IMG/VR virus record: IMGVR_UViG_2778261056_000004
Span: 1 to 42,285 of that record
Reading direction: 5' to 3' (one strand)
From: a virus
Lineage: Duplodnaviria > Heunggongvirae > Uroviricota > Caudoviricetes
Length of the DNA stretch: 42,285 bases
Below the pieces are notes generated by a model that ran no database searches, had not been told where the DNA came from, and saw nothing but the letters and a program-made list of their open reading frames with translations. Made by a program: the position numbers and the translations under genes. The stretch's first letter is position 1. Each line of letters starts with the position of its first letter. Positions 35,764 through 42,285 of the stretch are shown here, piece after piece.

Positions 35764-36135
35764 ATGAGTAATGACCGCATGACCGTAGTGCCCGATTTCC
35801 TGGGCGAACTGGATGCCGGCGTGTTCATGAACAAGATCGCGGCAGCTTTAAACACTACCGCGCTTGGCGTTCTGAACAACGGTACCAAAGGCAAAGTAGT
35901 CCTCACCTTTGATATTGAGCGTATGGGTAACTCCGTCGAAGAGAAGCGCGTCAAGATCAAGCACAAGCTGAACTACGTCACCCCAACCCCGCGCGGTAAA
36001 GCCTCCGAAGAAGACACCACCGAAACACCAATGTGGGTTAACAAAGGAGGCAAGCTGACCATACTGCAGGAAGATCAGGGGCAGCTGTTCGGGATCAACG
36101 GCGGCGTTGACGGAAAGCTTAAAGCGGCACAGTGA
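35764..36135 (+). CDS. hypothetical early protein (YfdP-like by position and size)
   Basis: 123 aa, first gene of a plus-strand operon matching the yfdP-yfdQ-yfdR order of the E. coli CPS-53 prophage. Confidence 0.45.
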   Translation: MSNDRMTVVPDFLGELDAGVFMNKIAAALNTTALGVLNNGTKGKVVLTFDIERMGNSVEEKRVKIKHKLNYVTPTPRGKASEEDTTETPMWVNKGGKLTILQEDQGQLFGINGGVDGKLKAAQ

Positions 36136-36188
36136 TCCGCAGCAGACAAATCACTGACACCCATTTGATCACTTATTAAGGAAATTTT

Positions 36189-37019
36189 ATGTCCCAGATT
36201 TTAGACGGCAACGCCCTGCAGCAGGTGAAAGACCTGGTTCTTTCCGGTTATCACCTTACTGCAGTTAAAGAAACAGCATGCCCTACAGCCCTACTCCCTG
36301 ATGGCGTAAACGTAGAGAGCCTTGAGCGTTTCGATCTGGAGCGTTTTCGTTTCCGCGGTGCCATGACCACAACCAGCATTCCTGACTTTGTGCGTTATGC
36401 AGCTGGCTATGCCAACGAAGTTGAACCAGCGCGATGCTTTATCGATGCTGACAACATGACCGCACGCTCCGTGTTCAATATCGGTACGCTGGCTAACCCT
36501 GGCCATGCTGATAATGTCGCCTCAATCACCCTCAAAAAGACAGCGCCATTCCGAGCCCTACTTCAGGTAAATGGCGATCGACTGGGCCAGAAGGAAATTG
36601 CTGAATGGCTGGAGGACTGGGCCGACTTCCTGAGCGCATTTGATGCCGACGGGAATGTGTTGTCCATCGCGCAGGCAGCTGGTGCCGTTCGTCGCGTCAA
36701 TATCAAACAAGTCTCGGAAGCAGCTCATGAAGACGAAGATTTTGGCGGCAGAAAGTCCCTGATGCAGAGCGTTGAAGCCAGCAGTAAAGACGTGATGCCT
36801 GTCGCCTTCGAGTTCAAATGCGTGCCATATGAAGGCCTGGGCGAACGCCGCTTTAGCCTGCGTAACGGCCTGCTTAAAAGCGGGGAACCGGTGTTTGTAC
36901 TCCGCATCGTTCAACTGGAAGCCCAGGAAGAAGCTATCGCCAACGAGTTCCGGGACCTGCTGATCGAGAAGTTCACCGACAAGCCGGTTGAAACCTTTAT
37001 CGGTAACTTTAAAGCGTAA
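36189..37019 (+). CDS. YfdQ-like (DUF2303-like) phage protein
   Basis: 276 aa, followed by an HD-domain gene as in CPS-53 yfdQ-yfdR; recalled similarity, not searched. Confidence 0.45.
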   Translation: MSQILDGNALQQVKDLVLSGYHLTAVKETACPTALLPDGVNVESLERFDLERFRFRGAMTTTSIPDFVRYAAGYANEVEPARCFIDADNMTARSVFNIGTLANPGHADNVASITLKKTAPFRALLQVNGDRLGQKEIAEWLEDWADFLSAFDADGNVLSIAQAAGAVRRVNIKQVSEAAHEDEDFGGRKSLMQSVEASSKDVMPVAFEFKCVPYEGLGERRFSLRNGLLKSGEPVFVLRIVQLEAQEEAIANEFRDLLIEKFTDKPVETFIGNFKA

Positions 37020-37031
37020 TTTCTCTGCATT

Positions 37032-37058
37032 AAATCCCCGGCGCCGCGGGGATTTATT
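37032..37058 (+). terminator. terminator-like hairpin
   Basis: AAATCCCCGGCGCCGCGGGGATTTATT. Confidence 0.35.
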
Positions 37059-37154
37059 GAAGCGTAATTCCCTTTATTAATCGCCAATGGCGAGGGATTC
37101 GTACAACCCAAAACTGGCGCAGGTGCAGCTGCCAAATATGGAGAAGAAAATACG

Positions 37155-37694
37155 ATGAGTTATATCCAGACACTTTCAGGTAAGAAATTCGATTACCTCA
37201 ATTCAACCACTGACGACGTAGAGATCGAGGATATTGCGACCGCACTTTCCCACATCTGCCGCTTCAGTGGTCATCTGCCGGAATTTTACAGCGTGGCCCA
37301 GCACTCGGTACTGTGCAGCCAAATTGTGCCGCCAGAGTTTGCCTTTGAAGCCCTGATGCATGACGCAGCTGAAGCCTATTGCCAGGACATCCCTGCCCCC
37401 CTGAAAGCATTGCTTCCAGATTACCGTCGCATTGAAGATCGGGTAGAACAGCTGATCCGGGCCAAATTCAGCATCACCCCTGATATGTCAGCGGTAGTGA
37501 AATACGCCGATCTGGTGATGCTTGCCACGGAACGCCGCGATCTGGACATCGACGACGGCTCACTCTGGCCTTGCCTCGAAGGTATTCCGGCCAGCGACAT
37601 GATCCAGATCGTTCCTCTTCGCCCAGGCCAGGCATATGGCTTGTTCATTAACCGTTTCAATGAGCTTACGGAATCACGCGCATGCCTCGCATGA
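37155..37694 (+). CDS. HD-domain phosphohydrolase (YfdR/YfbR-like 5'-deoxynucleotidase family)
   Basis: HD motif: VAQHSV...EALMHDAAEAY; 179 aa. Confidence 0.65.
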   Translation: MSYIQTLSGKKFDYLNSTTDDVEIEDIATALSHICRFSGHLPEFYSVAQHSVLCSQIVPPEFAFEALMHDAAEAYCQDIPAPLKALLPDYRRIEDRVEQLIRAKFSITPDMSAVVKYADLVMLATERRDLDIDDGSLWPCLEGIPASDMIQIVPLRPGQAYGLFINRFNELTESRACLA

Positions 37695-37879
37695 AGATAA
37701 AAGAACTGGTAGCCGCAGCCCATGCTGCGGCGGGGAAACTGCCACCAGCAGAAGCCTCTCTGATGCGTGAGGTAGCCACTCGCCTGGACGTTACATTTGC
37801 CGCCTTGACGGAATCGATGGACCAGCGAATGAGCCTTGACGCCGAAATTAACCATCTTCGTCAGGAGTCCGTCCAATGA
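37682..37879 (+). CDS. hypothetical small protein
   Basis: 65 aa ORF overlapping neighbours by a few nt in an operon. Confidence 0.35.
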   Translation: MPRMKIKELVAAAHAAAGKLPPAEASLMREVATRLDVTFAALTESMDQRMSLDAEINHLRQESVQ

Positions 37880-38481
37880 CCACTAACAAATACGCGACTC
37901 TGCGCGGCACAATCGCCAGAGCTAAACGCAACGACTGCCAGAAGGTAGTGATGCGTGTGACGTTAGTTGAAGAACGCCTCCTTCGACTGTCAAACGCTGA
38001 GAAGCAGGTAGCTGCGCTGGCTGCGGAGAATGGTCAAATACTGCGCCTTCTGACAGACATTAGTGATAACCACGAAGAATACGTTAACCAGGACGAGTAC
38101 CTGTACGCCGGGGTGCCGATGGATTATGTATCTGAAATTAACGCATACGTTTCACGCGATGTAGAAGCAGAAAACCCATTCAAAGAGACAGACGCTTTCC
38201 TAGCTGAAGTGCGGGCCAGTGCTATTCCCGAAGGTTACGTGCTTGTTCCGCAGGAAATGCACCTGTCGTCAGAAGCTATGGAAGGGATTTGTTTCCACTG
38301 CGGGGACGGCGGTTTTGCCTTCGGTGAGTTTACAGACGGACTGCTGTTTGTTGGCGCTATTGACGATAGTGATGGGCAGAAAATTCACGGGCTCCACATC
38401 GCCACCGCTGATTATCCCGAAGAGGGCTGTGCAAACATCTGCGCATTTCTGCCAGCGCCAACTGAAGGAGCCGCCCAATGA
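37876..38481 (+). CDS. hypothetical protein
   Basis: 201 aa, start overlaps upstream stop. Confidence 0.45.
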   Translation: MTTNKYATLRGTIARAKRNDCQKVVMRVTLVEERLLRLSNAEKQVAALAAENGQILRLLTDISDNHEEYVNQDEYLYAGVPMDYVSEINAYVSRDVEAENPFKETDAFLAEVRASAIPEGYVLVPQEMHLSSEAMEGICFHCGDGGFAFGEFTDGLLFVGAIDDSDGQKIHGLHIATADYPEEGCANICAFLPAPTEGAAQ

Positions 38482-38762
38482 GCAACATCAACAAACAGGC
38501 TTACCGCGCTGACGGCGGTGATATCGGTACCGGTCGCCTGAGAGAGATAGCTGACAACCCGTACGGCGACGAGGAAAAGTGCTGGCTGGCGAAGCGCGTG
38601 CTGGCGCTGCTGGATGAGCTGGAGGCCGCAGAGAATAAGACTGTCGAAATGCCAACCTTCGACGGATATGTGCCAAACGTTGCGCGAGAACTTCAAGCGG
38701 CATTCCGCATTGCATGTGATAACGCTGGCATCAACATTGCCGCAGCCGGTAAAGGAGAGTGA
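38478..38762 (+). CDS. hypothetical protein
   Basis: 94 aa, ATGA-coupled. Confidence 0.4.
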   Translation: MSNINKQAYRADGGDIGTGRLREIADNPYGDEEKCWLAKRVLALLDELEAAENKTVEMPTFDGYVPNVARELQAAFRIACDNAGINIAAAGKGE

Positions 38763-38941
38763 GCATGAAATACGAAATACCGGAATCAGAAGATATTGAA
38801 TGGCAGCAGGATATGCTCCGTGAAATAGACTGCGCCCTTGACGTCTTGCGTGATGAGCATGAGCACGCAGTGGTGGTGCAGGAAATCATCAATGATATCA
38901 CCGCGAGAATAGCATCACTCCGCGCGTACTCTGGATATTGA
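38759..38941 (+). CDS. hypothetical small acidic protein
   Basis: 60 aa, coupled. Confidence 0.35.
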   Translation: MSMKYEIPESEDIEWQQDMLREIDCALDVLRDEHEHAVVVQEIINDITARIASLRAYSGY

Positions 38942-38951
38942 GGACTAACCC

Positions 38952-39851
38952 ATGAGCACTATTACCAAAGAATGGCTGCAGCAGAAAATTGCCGACATGG
39001 AAGCCATCCGCGATGATATCCCGTTCGGACTTGGCGAAGATGGAACCAATACACTGGCGGCGCTGCGTATCGCGCTGGCATCGCTCGAAGCGCAGGAGCC
39101 TGGGCGAAATCCCGTACTGGCCTATGCAGACAATTACCGCGATATGGCTAAGCATGGTGTTGAATCTATTCCGGTATGGAGCGTAATTACCGACCTGGAA
39201 AGAAATATAGCCCCGCTATACATCGCCCATCCAGCGCCGGTATCTGTGCCTGATATAGCGACAGTAGAAACGACATACCCAGACGTGCAGACAAACTGGC
39301 AGGACGCAAAGATGTACGCAGAAGGCTGGAACGCCTGCCGCTCCGTCATGCTTCAGGGTTCTGATGGTACCCTCACCAATGAATGTACCATACCAGCCAC
39401 GCAGTTTAAGCCGGTAGCAGACCTGTACGGCTTAACCTCACCAACTGGTGGTGAAACATCGTTCACTTTCGACGCTGTTGCAGCTCGTGATTTCATTGAT
39501 GGTGGTTGGTCATGCCAGGAGTACGTGGAGCTTGAACGCTTTCAGGAAGCGATAACCAACCATACCGAGGATAAGCTCGCTATGGTTGACCATTCCGGTG
39601 ACTCCAACAATATGGTTGAACCTGTAACGACGGCTTACAAGTTGCCAGAGGGGTGGGTGGCGGTGCCGGTTGAGCCGACAGAAGACATGATCGTCAATGG
39701 GTTCGAATCAGAGCCTGATGAGAGCTTTAGCGACGAGAGGGAATGGGAAGCGTACGACGCTATGAGTGGGTGTCAGCAGGCAGCGCACCGGGCAAAGCTA
39801 TGTTGGGCGGCGATGATTGCCGCGGCACCGCAGCAGGAGGTGAAGCTGTGA
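38952..39851 (+). CDS. hypothetical protein
   Basis: 299 aa acidic protein. Confidence 0.45.
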   Translation: MSTITKEWLQQKIADMEAIRDDIPFGLGEDGTNTLAALRIALASLEAQEPGRNPVLAYADNYRDMAKHGVESIPVWSVITDLERNIAPLYIAHPAPVSVPDIATVETTYPDVQTNWQDAKMYAEGWNACRSVMLQGSDGTLTNECTIPATQFKPVADLYGLTSPTGGETSFTFDAVAARDFIDGGWSCQEYVELERFQEAITNHTEDKLAMVDHSGDSNNMVEPVTTAYKLPEGWVAVPVEPTEDMIVNGFESEPDESFSDEREWEAYDAMSGCQQAAHRAKLCWAAMIAAAPQQEVKL

Positions 39852-40087
39852 CTAAATCAGAATTCCTCCAGAAGGTAGCGGTGCTGGCCGGTGAATGCCA
39901 TAAGTTGGCCTGTGAGCTTGACATAGGCGATGAGCGAATAGAGATGTTCGAGATTTATGAAGTGCTTCGCCGAATCCAGCGGAGTGGTGCAGCCGGTGAA
40001 ATGCTGGCTGCAACAAACCCTTTACTATCCCCTGGAATACCTGAGGACACTGAATGGGTAAATTTCCATAAAGAGGATGATGCCTGA
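39848..40087 (+). CDS. hypothetical small protein (GTG start)
   Basis: GTG overlapping upstream TGA with AGGAGG 8 nt upstream; the track ORF 39743..40087 is an N-terminally over-extended version. Confidence 0.35.
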   Translation: MTKSEFLQKVAVLAGECHKLACELDIGDERIEMFEIYEVLRRIQRSGAAGEMLAATNPLLSPGIPEDTEWVNFHKEDDA

Positions 40088-40266
40088 TGCCTAAGACAAT
40101 CATCATAACCATCGAAATTATTGATGTTCCGGATCACGCTACCGATAGCGACATATCAGATTGGGTAGACGTCGAGTACGGGCAGTGTGGTGGACAAAAA
40201 TTAGATAACCCCTGCCGTGGCGATGCCACTGAAGTAATAAACCATTCATGGAAATTTGAGAGCTAA
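40087..40266 (+). CDS. possible 59-aa ORF not in the ORF track
   Basis: ATGCCTAAGACAATCATC... translates MPKTIIITIEIIDVPDH... to a stop just before the exonuclease gene. Confidence 0.2.
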   Translation: MPKTIIITIEIIDVPDHATDSDISDWVDVEYGQCGGQKLDNPCRGDATEVINHSWKFES

Positions 40267-40268
40267 CG

Positions 40269-40841
40269 ATGAACGATTTAATGATTGACCTCGAATCAAT
40301 GGGCAAAAAGCCAAACGCGCCGATCGTTTCAATTGGTGCCGTCTTTTTTAACCCTCAAACAGGTGAACTTGGCCAAGAATTTTACACGGCCGTGTCGCTT
40401 GAAAGCGCAATGGCTCAAGGCGCGGTACCGGATGGAGATACAATTCTTTGGTGGCTAAAACAAAGCCCTGAAGCGCGCTCAGCTATTTGTGTTGATGATG
40501 CGATGCCTATCACTGATGCACTGTCGGAACTTAGCCATTTCATTCACCGGCATGCATATAATCTCAAATACATGAAGGTCTGGGGTAACGGGGCCACCTT
40601 TGACAATGTGATTCTGCGCGGAGCTTACGAACGCGCCGTGCGCATTTGCCCGTGGGAATTTTGGAACGATCATGATGTACGCACGATTGTTACCCTCGGT
40701 CGCAGTGTTGGTTTCGATCCGAAGCGTGACATGCCTTTCATTGGCGATGTTCACAACGCCCTGGCTGATGCGCGCCATCAGGCAAAATATGTGTCAGCAA
40801 TTTGGCAGAAACTTATCCCTGCCACCAGCACCAACGAGTAA
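40269..40841 (+). CDS. 3'-5' exonuclease, DEDD/DnaQ-like
   Basis: N-terminal MIDLESMG (DxE) and conserved acidic/His positions (HNALADA) typical of DEDDh exonucleases. Confidence 0.55.
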   Translation: MNDLMIDLESMGKKPNAPIVSIGAVFFNPQTGELGQEFYTAVSLESAMAQGAVPDGDTILWWLKQSPEARSAICVDDAMPITDALSELSHFIHRHAYNLKYMKVWGNGATFDNVILRGAYERAVRICPWEFWNDHDVRTIVTLGRSVGFDPKRDMPFIGDVHNALADARHQAKYVSAIWQKLIPATSTNE

Positions 40842-40885
40842 ACCACTCAGCCCGGGTGCAGCCGGGATTTATGGAGAAGGAAACC

Positions 40886-41095
40886 ATGGCAAAGCTAATG
40901 AAAGCGAGTCTCTGGAGTAAGCGCGAATTTACCAAAGACTCCATTCCTGACAACCGTACAATTAAACGTTGGGTCGAAAACGGATTACTCATGGGAAGGA
41001 TTGTAGATGGTTCAGTTTTTGTCTATGAAACCGAAAAGTGGGGAGTTGACTCAATTGTTAATCAGGCGGTACGTCAGTTAATAATTGAGGGTTGA
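40886..41095 (+). CDS. xis: excisionase
   Basis: Small basic protein directly upstream of and overlapping the integrase gene; RBS GGAGAAGGAAACC before ATG 40886. Confidence 0.55.
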   Translation: MAKLMKASLWSKREFTKDSIPDNRTIKRWVENGLLMGRIVDGSVFVYETEKWGVDSIVNQAVRQLIIEG

Positions 41096-41097
41096 CC

Positions 41098-42285
41098 ATG
41101 GCAGCAAGGCCACGAAAAAAAGAATACCGCCACCTTCCTGATTATCTTTTTTTTGATAAAGATCGTGGCGTGTATAAGTTCACGCTTATAACTGGCAAAA
41201 AGAAAACTCTCGGTTCGGATCGAGTAATGGCTATCGCCATCGCCCGAGAATATAACCTGAGGATGCGCCCAGAAAATACACCATCGATAGATTCATTAAT
41301 TCGGGAATCGGGAGGGATGAATGGTGAAGCCCACCCGTTTTCTGAACATGTTGATCGCATTATGGAGAGAGCGATCAAAGATGAGCAGCCGTCTAAAAGC
41401 ACACTTGACGATTGGAATAATGATGCCATCAGGGTTAAAGAATTTTTTAATAACATACCCGCATGCGACATTGAGCTTGAGCACGTAAATGCCTACATAC
41501 GAAATTACCATTCTGAATCGTCGGCCAATGTTCAGAACCGAAAAGTTAGCTTCCTGAAAAAGCTATTCTCTTATGCTGTGGATGAATCGCTAATGATGGA
41601 TAACCCTGCAACACGGAAAAAAATGCGGCGTGTCGATAAAAAGGTCCGCCGGCGACTTACTTTGGAACAGTTCCTGGCCATACATTCAGCTGCTGAACCT
41701 TGGCTGAAGACTGCAATGGACCTTGCAATACAAACTACACAAGCGCGCCTGGAAGTTTCCCGGATCCGGTACTCAATCAAGGAACCTAAAGAAGGGGTTT
41801 GCGGCTGTGTATGGTTCGATCAGGAAGAGGCTGGCATATTCGGAACGCTTTACATTCATCGGCAAAAAGTGCAGCACAAAGAGGCCTCACACGTTGCAAT
41901 TCCGATCGGCAGGGCCCTGAAAGAGATCATCGACAACAGCAGAGACAATGTGGCCAGTCCTTATGTTGTTCACCGACTTCTGGAAAAGAGAAGCAATCCG
42001 ATAAGCAAGGAAGTTAACCACCCAACACAGGTGGCCCCTGATTATTTGAGTAGGGCATTTTCAGAGCTGCGGGACCGGATAGGTGTAGCGGCAGAATTAC
42101 CTATCAAAGAAAGGCCAACTTTCCACGAGATTAGAGCGCTGGCGGCTCATATTTTCGAAAGACAGGGTATCGATCCGCAGGCAAGGATGGCCCATAGTGA
42201 TGCAAAATCGACAAAAATTTATACCCAGAACCATGTTGAATGGGTAGAAGTTCCTCATGCTGAAATTGTCCTTAAAGCCGGGTGA
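41098..42285 (+). CDS. int: tyrosine recombinase, phage integrase
   Basis: Conserved tyrosine recombinase C-terminal pattern (HEIRALAAHIF...HSDAKSTKIY); terminal gene of the prophage; stop at 42283-42285. Confidence 0.85.
   Translation: MAARPRKKEYRHLPDYLFFDKDRGVYKFTLITGKKKTLGSDRVMAIAIAREYNLRMRPENTPSIDSLIRESGGMNGEAHPFSEHVDRIMERAIKDEQPSKSTLDDWNNDAIRVKEFFNNIPACDIELEHVNAYIRNYHSESSANVQNRKVSFLKKLFSYAVDESLMMDNPATRKKMRRVDKKVRRRLTLEQFLAIHSAAEPWLKTAMDLAIQTTQARLEVSRIRYSIKEPKEGVCGCVWFDQEEAGIFGTLYIHRQKVQHKEASHVAIPIGRALKEIIDNSRDNVASPYVVHRLLEKRSNPISKEVNHPTQVAPDYLSRAFSELRDRIGVAAELPIKERPTFHEIRALAAHIFERQGIDPQARMAHSDAKSTKIYTQNHVEWVEVPHAEIVLKAG

Overview
The whole 42.3 kb window is one lambdoid, cos-type prophage of an enterobacterial host, read here from its tail-fibre/cargo end (left) to its integrase (right, ends at 42285). 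All calls are from reading the sequence and ORF translations; no searches were run. Order on the minus strand, right to left: Cro-like, CII/YdaT-like, O-like replication initiator with internal iteron-like repeats, Dam-like methyltransferase, Rha/KilAC antirepressor, DUF968/HNH protein, Q-like regulator, putative late promoter/tR', an AT-rich two-gene cassette of unknown function, a second DNA methyltransferase, lambda S-like holin, GH19 endolysin, Rz/Rz1, an AT-rich island (ClpP-like protease, membrane protein, lipoprotein), cos, Nu1/A terminase (A is split by a frameshift), W, portal, fused prohead protease-scaffold-capsid, head-tail and tail genes (V with Ig-like domain, G/GT, tape measure, M/L/K, I-J), and a tail fibre with an SGNH esterase domain. 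On the plus strand: LexA-like CI repressor, an early-left operon (YfdP/Q/R-like genes, HD phosphohydrolase, DEDD exonuclease), excisionase and integrase. The most unusual features are (1) a complete group II intron (about 577-2486, minus strand) whose 5' end abuts a consensus LexA box, upstream of an 82-aa gene coupled to a UmuD'-like gene; (2) an uncharacterised two-gene cassette at 26902-28082; (3) a stand-alone ClpP-like protease island at 22241-24017. Which of these, if any, is a genuinely new system cannot be decided from sequence alone. Non-ORF coordinates are approximate (a few bp).
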